NCBI GenBank assembly: GCA_965223335.1
Contig: OZ244991.1
Coordinates: 2,176,001 to 2,240,000 of the forward strand
DNA from: Thermodesulfobacteriota bacterium
Lineage (GTDB): Bacteria > Desulfobacterota_D > UBA1144 > Nemesobacterales > UBA2774
DNA: 64,000 bases
Reading direction: 5' to 3'
Numbering within the stretch: the first letter of the stretch is position 1; each line of letters opens with the position of its first letter. The notes below the pieces were generated by a model, which ran no database searches, was not told where the DNA came from, and saw only the letters and a list, made by a program, of their open reading frames with translations. Below, one piece after another: positions 48,464-56,896 of this stretch. The translations under genes were made by a program, and so were the position numbers.

Positions 48464-49143
48464 TGGGGACCGCCAGTGAGCGGTTTTGTGCGAACGGCAG
48501 GCCGGGATAAAATAAAGGGACCGGGGTCTAGCGACCCAGGCAAAACATATTCCCGGACTTTAGTGTCAATGGGGACCGCAAGTTGGGGGCCGAGAGGGAG
48601 TAGTAGTATCACGACCGTAGGAAGGAATAATAGATTGGGGTCGTGGGAGGTCGAGTGAGCGGCAGGTAGGGATAAATTGGGGTCGTGGGGGGCGTGGACG
48701 CCCCATGTGTAAGGTAATGCCGGGACTCTATTAGCTCTAGGGCTTCCATCTTATCAGACCGACACCACTTACCTGTTTAATCTGCTACTTTTGCTTGACC
48801 AAAAGTAGCCAAAAGTCACCGACTGTACGGAAATGGCTAAAAATAATCTATCGAGGCTAAATGGATTTATCCCACCCCGACCCCGAAATCCATTTTTAAC
48901 GCCTCTCAATTTTATTTTCTATACGCCATTGCCGTAATGTCGGGGATGGGATTTACAATCTCATTTTGAAAAGGCAAAAGACTAAAGATATGAAAGCACA
49001 TATGGGGACCGCAAGGGAGCAGTAGTTAAGCGACCGACAGGGTATGAATGGGGGAGCGGGTGAATGTCGGGATTGGTGTCTATGACACCATAATGGAAAG
49101 GCTAAAAACAAAAGATATTCGTGCACAGGTTCTGTGCAACTAC
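48463..49143. repeat. Mosaic palindromic intergenic repeat, locus B (contains full pseudoknot+rod core 48784-48943)
   Basis: Three ATGGGGACCGC modules, GGGGCGTGGACGCCCC, core about 90% identical to locus E, terminal GTAG-headed hairpin. Confidence 0.93.
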
Positions 49144-50240
49144 ACATCCGCGCCTACTATTTCGCTGAGTGAGCTTATGCCTTCGGTTTCCATGTACTCC
49201 AGAATACCGCGGTTTATGTTGCATGCTACGGCTGTGCCTTCGCCTCGGATGGCTGTGACTAGCTGGAGTGCTGTGGCGCCTGCGCGTATTTTCTCGAGCG
49301 CGGTGTCGGGGTCTTTTACTCCCCCTACCCCCATGATTTTCAAGCTGTCGCCGGCCTGTTTATAGATATGGCGGATCTTTTCCGTGGCCATTTTTCTGTA
49401 GTCGGGATCGTCGCCGCTTAGCCCTCCTGGTTTATCCATCCACTTGGCCCCGTACTTGGATTTAAGCTCGGGTAGTGCTGCGGTATTGGTAGCGATAAGC
49501 CCTGTGATATTGTGGTCGAGTGCGACCTCTATAAGATCGTCCACATCCGAGTCTGTAAGCTCGGGGGCTATTTTTACAAATAGCGGTTTAAGTCCGCCGC
49601 ACCCTGTCATGGTTTCGTTTACTGCGGCTACAATATCGTTATTAGCGCTTTTGGCTTGTAAATCTCTTAATCCCGGTGTGTTGGGCGAGCTTACGTTTAT
49701 TGCAAAGTAGTCGGCGTAGTCATACATCCGCTTTACCACTGTGGCATGGGATTGCGGTGCGTCTTTATGAGGTGTGTTTTTATTTAGCCCCACGCTTATG
49801 CCTATGGTCACGCCCCGGCCGACGTATCTGTCGAGGTTGCGTGCCACAACGTCCATGCCCGGGCTGTTGAAGCTTAGCCAGTTGAGGCAGACTCCGGGTG
49901 ACAGCATATATTGGCGCGGTTTGGGGTTGCCCTCCTGCGGGTGTTCTACAACGCTTCCCACCTCTACCCCTGCGAATCCCAGGTGCCAGAGTCCCATCAG
50001 CGCACGGCCCGCCTTGTCCCATCCCGCCCCTACAATAAGCGGGTTCTCGAGCACAAGCCCCCCGCCAAGGTCGGTCTCGAGCCTGGGGTTGCGCACCCTC
50101 TGCCACCCGCCGGTGCATAGCTCTATAGCGCGTAGTGTAAACGGCGAGATCTCGGCGAGTCTTAGCGACTCGCGGGCGAAGTTGTGCATGGATTCTGAAT
50201 CGAGGTGGTCTAGTATGGGTCGTATGATCTGTTTATACAT
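49140..50240 (-). CDS. pyrD: Quinone-dependent dihydroorotate dehydrogenase (class 2)
   Basis: AGWDK, QEGNPKPR, INVSSPNTPGLR, VKIAP, GGLSG. Confidence 0.95.
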   Translation of the reverse strand: MYKQIIRPILDHLDSESMHNFARESLRLAEISPFTLRAIELCTGGWQRVRNPRLETDLGGGLVLENPLIVGAGWDKAGRALMGLWHLGFAGVEVGSVVEHPQEGNPKPRQYMLSPGVCLNWLSFNSPGMDVVARNLDRYVGRGVTIGISVGLNKNTPHKDAPQSHATVVKRMYDYADYFAINVSSPNTPGLRDLQAKSANNDIVAAVNETMTGCGGLKPLFVKIAPELTDSDVDDLIEVALDHNITGLIATNTAALPELKSKYGAKWMDKPGGLSGDDPDYRKMATEKIRHIYKQAGDSLKIMGVGGVKDPDTALEKIRAGATALQLVTAIRGEGTAVACNINRGILEYMETEGISSLSEIVGADV

Positions 50241-51333
50241 TGAACCTAAACAGTATAATATCGCCGTCTTTAACTGTGTAGTCCTTGCCTTCCGAGCGCA
50301 TCTTGCCCACGTCGCGAAGTGCGTTCTCGGACCCGGCCTCTATGAAGTCCTCGTAGGACGCTGTTTCGGCCCTTATGAACCCCCGCTCGAAGTCCGAGTG
50401 TATTACGCCTGCGGCTTGGGGTGCCTTGGCGTCTTTGCGTACGGTCCAGGCACGGGCCTCTTTGGGCCCCTGAGTAAAAAAGGTGATAAGCCCTAGTTTG
50501 TCGTATGCGACTTTTATGAGTTTGTCGAGGCCAGAGTTCTCAAGCCCGAGGTCCTTGAGAAACAGCACTTTTTCGTCGTAGGGCAGCTCGGCGATCTCGG
50601 CCTCTATCTGTGCCGAGAGCACTATGACTTCCGATCCTTCCTGGGCGGCGTGTTTCTTCACAGCCTCTACGTCCGGGTTGCCCTCGCCGTCGGGGATGTC
50701 GCCCTCGGCCACATTACATATATATAGTACGGATTTGCTTGTAAGCAAAAACATCTCGCGTAGTACCTCGCGTGACCGGTCGTTTGTGGGGAAGTTGCGT
50801 ACCTTGCCCCCCTCTTCTACGAATTTGCGGAGTTCAGTAACTATCTCTAGAGTTTCCTTTGTTTTTTTATCGCCGCTTTTGGCCTGCGATGTAAGTCGTT
50901 CCTCACGCCGCTCGATTGTTTCCAGGTCTTTTAGCAATAGCTCGTCTTCTATGATGTTTATATCGCGAAGTGCGTTATTAGAGCCCTCTACGTGCACTAC
51001 GTTTTCGTCCTCGAAGCACCTGACGGTGTGTAGGATCAGGTCGACGTCGCGAATACTGGCCAAAAAGGCGTTGCCCCTGCCCTTGCCCTCCGATGCCCCT
51101 TTTACCAGGCCAGCAATATCCACTACCTCTAAATACGTGGGTGTGATCTTTGTGGGTTTAACCAGCTCGGCAATTTTGTGGAGCCTTGCGTCTGCGATGG
51201 GGATAACCCCTACGTTATCCTCAATCGTGCAGAAGGGGAAGTTGCCTACCTCGGCCCCGGCGTTTGTGAGTGCGTTAAAAAGTGTGGATTTCCCCACATT
51301 GGGAAGCCCTACGATTCCTGTTCTAAGTCCCAT
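50233..51333 (-). CDS. ychF: Ribosome-binding ATPase YchF
   Basis: GLPNVGKSTLFNALT, FPFCTI, DIAGLVKGAS, IHSDFERGFIRAE. Confidence 0.98.
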   Translation of the reverse strand: MGLRTGIVGLPNVGKSTLFNALTNAGAEVGNFPFCTIEDNVGVIPIADARLHKIAELVKPTKITPTYLEVVDIAGLVKGASEGKGRGNAFLASIRDVDLILHTVRCFEDENVVHVEGSNNALRDINIIEDELLLKDLETIERREERLTSQAKSGDKKTKETLEIVTELRKFVEEGGKVRNFPTNDRSREVLREMFLLTSKSVLYICNVAEGDIPDGEGNPDVEAVKKHAAQEGSEVIVLSAQIEAEIAELPYDEKVLFLKDLGLENSGLDKLIKVAYDKLGLITFFTQGPKEARAWTVRKDAKAPQAAGVIHSDFERGFIRAETASYEDFIEAGSENALRDVGKMRSEGKDYTVKDGDIILFRFNV

Positions 51334-51412
51334 ATATCTATAGCCTTTGTGTGCGGGATTTAATGCATGTTGCTAGCTACAGATATGCTACCGCACCCCA
51401 CCCCCTAGTCAA

Positions 51413-51851
51413 GGGGGCGTGGGCGCCCCATTCATAAGATAGTACCGGGACCATAGTGCCCATGGGGACCGCCAGTGAATGTAGTGTATGAGCGGCAGGC
51501 AGGGACAAAATATGAGACCGGGGGCCTCCAGGCCCTATTCAGGGGGGAGTGACGGGACTCAATTTGCACTAGGGATCATATATTGGTAGACCGATACTTA
51601 TTTACCTATTTACTTCATACTTTTTAGTGACAAAAAGTATGCAAAAGTCACCGACTACACATAAACGTGCTAAAAATAGTTTGCTTGAGCTAAATGATAT
51701 AATTCCACCCACACCCCGTATATCATTCTTAACGCTCGCACAAACGATTTTCTTAACGCCGTTCATGTGGATGTCGGATCTGGGATCTAGCGATCCCATA
51801 TTGAAAAGGCTAAAGACAAAATATATTCCTGCACAAGTAGGGGTCTGGAGT
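51413..51851. repeat. Mosaic palindromic intergenic repeat, locus C (divergent covarying core 51616-51777)
   Basis: Same module order as B/E but helices rewritten with compensatory changes. Confidence 0.92.
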
Positions 51852-51875
51852 CTATGTATAGGGTAATATAAACAT

Positions 51876-52154
51876 ATGCAGCTGCGGATAGAGATATGGA
51901 TGGATGAGAAAATCGAGTGGTCGTCCGAGGGAGACGGCACGGCCGAGCAGCTTAGGTTTGCGGGGCTTAAGATCCCAGCATATTTCCCCGACGACAAAAT
52001 AAACCTGGTTCTGGATAAGGACAATGTAACGCTCATTGACAAGAAGAGTGCGCTTAATGAAGTAATCGATAAGTTCCACAAACACAATGTAATGCTTTGT
52101 GACACCTCATTTAACACTATGATGGTGTTTATTTGGGATGTTAGTGATGACTAA
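51876..52154 (+). CDS. Hypothetical protein
   Basis: 92-aa ORF with protein-like composition; no recognisable motif. Confidence 0.55.
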   Translation: MQLRIEIWMDEKIEWSSEGDGTAEQLRFAGLKIPAYFPDDKINLVLDKDNVTLIDKKSALNEVIDKFHKHNVMLCDTSFNTMMVFIWDVSDD

Positions 52155-52279
52155 GCCAACTAAGGCGAGCAATAGTTATGGGCTAGTGACCCAGGTACAG
52201 GTTTACTGACGAAAAAAAAACGAGTTAGAAAATAAAATAGTTGGGGATTAGGGTTAACTCTAAGTATACTTTTAAAAAG

Positions 52280-52433
52280 AACAGAGGCAGCAGCGAGCAG
52301 GGTTTGCGGCTGGATGAGTCACAGTTAATGCTCCCGCATATTAAGCACTAACCGTGTGAGCGTTCGCAATCGTGAGAATTAGCTTCCAGTTTCCTTCATC
52401 ATTCGTAGACAACTTTGTGCTGCTGCCTCTGTT
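52280..52433. ncRNA. Candidate structured non-coding RNA (strand uncertain)
   Basis: Perfect 15-bp terminal inverted repeat AACAGAGGCAGCAGC/GCTGCTGCCTCTGTT plus internal stem, in a long AT-rich spacer with no credible ORF. Confidence 0.45.
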
Positions 52434-52864
52434 TAGTTCCGTCTTACCGGCTACCACACGCTAATACCAAATCGCATCATTATAAACAGATTCAACCTAA
52501 ACACTGGTTAACCATTATATTTAAGTTATTTGAAGTATAAGGCTGGTTTGTATATTTGTCAATGATTACGGGAACTTATATCCGCTATCTATTAGCTCAA
52601 ATTCGCTAAGACGGGTTATCAATGTTTATAGATGTTTATCTATATTACTGTCAAAAGGCCTGAAAAATGTGAAAAAAAATATTTTTTTGTGATAACTCCA
52701 AATGAGATAGGTTTGCCAGTTAACTTGCAACAACCATTACATCAAATATAAAGCGTGCTAGTTAAGATGGTTTTTGTGTGGTTAGGGGGGATAGAGGCCC
52801 AAGTAGGAGTCGTGCTGCAGCTCATGGAAAGACAAGTCGTTATACGTTAGTTGGTTAGCTTCAC

Positions 52865-53250
52865 GGGATTCTGTATTGGTGGACCGAATCTCATTACCTA
52901 TATACATTGCTACTTTCGCTTGATCAAAAGGGGGTCTGGAGACCCCGTTCATAATGTGGTACCGGGGGTTTGTTTGAGCTAGGGATACTATATTAGTTAA
53001 CTGTCGCTCATTACCTATTAATCTCATACTTTTCCTGGATGAAAAGTATGCAAAAATCACCGACACGGCTCGCGCCGTGGCATATCAAAAAATTGACGTA
53101 CATGTTATGAGAGCACATTCAATGTGCCCACACCCCGAATTACATTCTTAACGCCTCTCAAGATTTTTTTCTATACGCCATTGCCGTAATGTCGGGACTG
53201 GGATCGCAGATCCCATTAGGAAAAGGTGAAATGCTTAAGAAAAGGCAAAG
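52865..53250. repeat. Mosaic palindromic intergenic repeat, locus D (truncated copy plus chimeric core 53025-53195)
   Basis: Leader, GGGGTCTGGAGACCCC, variant pseudoknot, intact 3' rod arm, 5' arm replaced by a locus A module. Confidence 0.9.
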
Positions 53251-53271
53251 GACAAAAACTCTTTCCGAGTG

Positions 53272-54567
53272 CTAGTCCTCGTCGTCGCGTTTACCTTGGA
53301 GCAGTCTATAGAGGCGGCTTTTGCCGTTTTTCATCGTAAGCTGCTGCCAGCGCTCGAACAGATAGTACTTGGACTCTTCTATAAGGCGGGTCCTGTCTTC
53401 GAGGTATAGCTCTGTCTCCTGGTCGCTCATGGTCGATACCTTGTTTACAAACGCCAATGTGCACGAGTGATAGATCGGGATAAAGGACTCGAGTAAATCT
53501 TCGTTACTGACTTCTGGGTTGAATATGGATGCAAGCGCAAAGTCAAAGAGTATCCTTATCCACTCTTCGCCCTCGTACGAGAACACCTCGGGGTCTACTT
53601 CGCGGAGCTTGTGGAGCTGCTGCCAGTTGGTGGGCATTAGTATCTCTTCCCAGATGTCCGAGTACTTCTCAAACCCATTCAGGAAAGATTTATGAAGTGC
53701 TTCTTTGTTGACCGTGACCTCTTCGCTGACACCGGTTTGGCCAAGGCCGAATCCATAAATCACTGTCGGTCGCGATTCCTCTACATTGCGCCACACGTAC
53801 TCGAAAGTCCTCATCATGTTGAATATGGTGCCTACGACCTCGGAGAACATAGGGCCTAGATCGGCTGCGGGGTCTTTGGGCCTGTGGGTCTTGGACGAGC
53901 CCAAAAACGCCTGGCACACGCGGAAGTTGCGGCAGATGGCCACAGTGGTCATCCATATGTCTATGCCAAAGTTGTATACGTTTTCGTCCCAGCTGGGCTC
54001 GAGCAGATAGCAGTTGATCAGTCGGCCAGATATTGCAAAGTCGCCTGCTATGGGCTGGCGCACGCGTAGTCCGTAAAGTGTGCGGAGCATGGGGTATGCG
54101 ATGTTGTTTGTAATAGTGCCGTCGTATTTATGGCGCATGTATATAGGTACGACAAAATCATAGCCGTCTTTAAGCGGCTCCATAAAGTACTTTATCCATG
54201 TGGGGGTAAGGCTCTTTAGGTCGGCGTCGAGCAGTATGACGGCCTTTGCATCCAGTCCCGAAGCAATCTGAAACAGGTTGCGTATGTTGCGGCCCTTGCC
54301 TTTCACACCCTCGGCTGTCGAGGCATAGATCTTGGGTACCTTTGTGGGGGTGTTAAGAAAGACCTCTTTGGTGCCGTCGGGCGAGCAGTTGTCTACGTTT
54401 ACTATGACCGAAGAGCTATCGGGGAAGTAATCCACCAGGCCCTTGTTGGCCTGCTCTACCGGGTAGAATATGGAATCGGCTTCGTTGTAGGACGGTATGC
54501 CGACAACAATATCGGCGGACCTTACTTTCTTTGGATTTTCTAAATCGGCTATCATCATTTGATCCAT
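53272..54567 (-). CDS. GT-A glycosyltransferase, glucosylglycerate/mannosylglycerate synthase-like
   Basis: IVVGIPSYNEAD, DNCSPDGT, GKG, DADL, RHKYDGTITN, RQPIAGDF, FGIDIWMT. Confidence 0.8.
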   Translation of the reverse strand: MDQMMIADLENPKKVRSADIVVGIPSYNEADSIFYPVEQANKGLVDYFPDSSSVIVNVDNCSPDGTKEVFLNTPTKVPKIYASTAEGVKGKGRNIRNLFQIASGLDAKAVILLDADLKSLTPTWIKYFMEPLKDGYDFVVPIYMRHKYDGTITNNIAYPMLRTLYGLRVRQPIAGDFAISGRLINCYLLEPSWDENVYNFGIDIWMTTVAICRNFRVCQAFLGSSKTHRPKDPAADLGPMFSEVVGTIFNMMRTFEYVWRNVEESRPTVIYGFGLGQTGVSEEVTVNKEALHKSFLNGFEKYSDIWEEILMPTNWQQLHKLREVDPEVFSYEGEEWIRILFDFALASIFNPEVSNEDLLESFIPIYHSCTLAFVNKVSTMSDQETELYLEDRTRLIEESKYYLFERWQQLTMKNGKSRLYRLLQGKRDDED

Positions 54568-55200
54568 CTCATTTACCTCTAACCAAAATTATAATGCAAA
54601 TATGTAAAATGACATCCGTGTACGCTAAACATCTTTAAATCCGGTATTTTGACCTGCTACTACATTTATTTGCAAAGAGTATGCCGATTATAGCGTATAT
54701 TACAACTGTGTATATTTTCAGTTGCTATAATTTTTATTATTTGCACGCAATGGTTTACAAGCACTATCTTAATTACTTCATTAAACGCAATGCCAAAATA
54801 TAAGGCAGATAGTGTTCATACTCTAACCATTAATGCCAGCAAAAATCCATATTTTGTAAAATCTAATTAACTATGAATCCCGTATCTATCTCCATATCAT
54901 ACCTGTGTATATAAAATAGCGCCAGTGTATCTGGAAAATTGTTCTTAAGTAATACGAGTATACGCCATATAATATAGTTATACTAGCGAGTTAGAATCTA
55001 TACTTAATGTGATCTGTAGGCATGAAAAATAGGCTCTAAGTGCTTGTTTATTCCAGGGCGAATACTGCATAGACCGGGCCTTTACTAAATATCTTTACAA
55101 CACGATTAAAATCGCTATAAATTTCCCGCCAAACTATTTATAATAGTTGTGGTGGAGCACTTGGGGAATATATCATAAAAAAACGTTGGAGGGTTAGTTG

Positions 55201-55977
55201 ATGAGAGTGAGAGTTTGCAGGCAATTTTTCTTGATGTTCGTATCGGTATTTGCAATAACGGTTTTTGCGTTCGGGGTCCCAGGTGCCATGGCCCAGCAGG
55301 GCAAGTACCGCACCGGAGAGATATCGTACCTAAAGAGGATCATCCCATATTTATACGAGTTTTCCGAGGTGGGCCAGGATGTAAGCCGCAACGCGGTGCC
55401 GCTCCAGAGCGGGGACAGGTCCAAGTGCTCTAATGATTTTGCTGCGTATAGGGGTGTTGTGGAGGCGCTTAGGGCAAAGATAGGTGCCGTTCCCCCGCCC
55501 ACGAGGCTTGTACCCATACATGTGGAGTCGATCGAGGCGCTAACAGAGTACATAACGGCGCTTAACCTCTATAGTGAGTCGTGCACCGAGCCCGACTTCT
55601 CAATGCGCTCGCGCCTTGTGAACGAGGCCAATGAGTATATAAAGACCTCGGACATAAAGATAAAGCGGGTAAACGAGATGATAGACGAGCCCGCTATGAC
55701 AAAGGCCTTTGCCCCCCGGCGAAACGACGTAGAGGACTGGTGCATAATGAAATGGCCTGACGAAAACATGCAGCAGTACTGCATAGAGACCCAGAACGAG
55801 GCACGGGCAGAGCTGGGTGAGTTGATGCGGCAGTACCCAAAAGGCACCAAACAGCGCGCCATAATAAACAGCTGTTACAACACATGGAAAGACGCAGATT
55901 CCTATAACTATAAGATGGTGGCGTTTTGCGCCAAGAGGGACCTGCACGAATACGAGACGAGAAATCCTTATAGATAG
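55201..55977 (+). CDS. Hypothetical secreted protein
   Basis: GGAGG RBS, signal peptide ending AMA, helical, Cys in apparent pairs. Confidence 0.7.
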   Translation: MRVRVCRQFFLMFVSVFAITVFAFGVPGAMAQQGKYRTGEISYLKRIIPYLYEFSEVGQDVSRNAVPLQSGDRSKCSNDFAAYRGVVEALRAKIGAVPPPTRLVPIHVESIEALTEYITALNLYSESCTEPDFSMRSRLVNEANEYIKTSDIKIKRVNEMIDEPAMTKAFAPRRNDVEDWCIMKWPDENMQQYCIETQNEARAELGELMRQYPKGTKQRAIINSCYNTWKDADSYNYKMVAFCAKRDLHEYETRNPYR

Positions 55978-56008
55978 TCTCTAAACAATTAAGTATTGGG
56001 GAGGGGTT

Positions 56009-56383
56009 ATGCTAGAGCTTATTCCGTTTGACGAGGACAATATAATCGGCTTTCGTTTGGACGGCAGGATCGGGGACGAGGAGTTTAAAGAGCTGGTTCG
56101 TATTATCGAGGATAAGCTCGAGCGACACGACCGTCTGCGCATCTATGCCGAGATTGACGATATAGGCGGGATGTCTATAGACACATTTCTTGAGAGCATG
56201 AGCCTTAAATTCAGGCACTTTAGGGATTTTGAGATGGAGGCTGTGGTCTCGGATAAACAGTGGCTTGAGTCCTGGTCCAAAGTGGTGGATGCCATCATCC
56301 CCAGCTTCGAGGTCAAATACTTTACAAAAGAGAACGCCGAGGAGGCCAAGGACTGGCTCAGGGGGGCGCGGGGGGGGCACTGA
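56009..56383 (+). CDS. SpoIIAA-like (STAS/SEC14) domain protein
   Basis: IIGFRLDGRI, AVVSDKQW, EVKYF..AKDWL. Confidence 0.85.
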   Translation: MLELIPFDEDNIIGFRLDGRIGDEEFKELVRIIEDKLERHDRLRIYAEIDDIGGMSIDTFLESMSLKFRHFRDFEMEAVVSDKQWLESWSKVVDAIIPSFEVKYFTKENAEEAKDWLRGARGGH

Positions 56384-56692
56384 CCCATTTTTAGGGGCGT
56401 GGACGCCCCATTCATAAGGTAGTGCCGGGAGTTTGTTTGTGCTTGGGATTACATATAGGTAGGCCGATACTTTTATTGTTTCCTCTTCATACTTTTTAGT
56501 GACAAAAAGTATGCAAAAGTCACCGACTGTACGGAAATGGCTAAAAATAATCTTTCGATGCTAAATAGATTTATCCCGCCCACAGCCCCGAAATCCATTT
56601 TTAACGCCTCTCAAGATTATTTTCTATACGCCATTGCCGTAATGTCGGAATTGGTGTCTACGACACCATAGGGTAATGGCGAAAGACTAAAT
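56372..56692. repeat. Mosaic palindromic intergenic repeat, locus E (full core 56488-56648)
   Basis: GGGGCGTGGACGCCCC leader, C-type pseudoknot, B-type rod, TGGTGTCTACGACACCA hairpin. Confidence 0.93.
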
Positions 56693-56896
56693 GATGTGGT
56701 TAAACCTCGATTCTCGTGTAAACCGTCCCCGCTCACCGCAAATTAATAAACAAACTACATAACCTTGTATTTTGTTAATTTTTAATTAGAATAACGCCAA
56801 CTAGTTAGCATTATTCTAATTATCTTTCTCATTTTCTATTAGTTCACGCTCTGTTTCAAGCCGAAGCTATCTAAATACAATTGATATGTATAAGAT

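Noticed and set aside
48463..49143. Repeats as classical IS or TIR-MITEs
   Set aside because: No transposase ORF, and I found no terminal inverted repeats bounding whole loci or target-site duplications
51602..52117. ORFs overlapping repeats (51602-52117, 51627-51866, 36211-36459, 48476-48658, 48953-49147, 52782-53066)
   Set aside because: Reading frames are not preserved between repeat copies; variation follows base-pairing, not codons
52180..52195. GGGCTAGTGACCCAGG as a sixth repeat locus
   Set aside because: Resembles GGGTCTAGCGACCCAGG but too short and degenerate to call
52280..52433. Retron msr-msd or known riboswitch
   Set aside because: The terminal inverted repeat is suggestive, but there is no reverse transcriptase in the window, no riboswitch consensus I recognise and no closely linked downstream gene
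36044..56692. Repeats as a CRISPR array
   Set aside because: No constant repeat-spacer periodicity; copies are dispersed and modular; no cas genes
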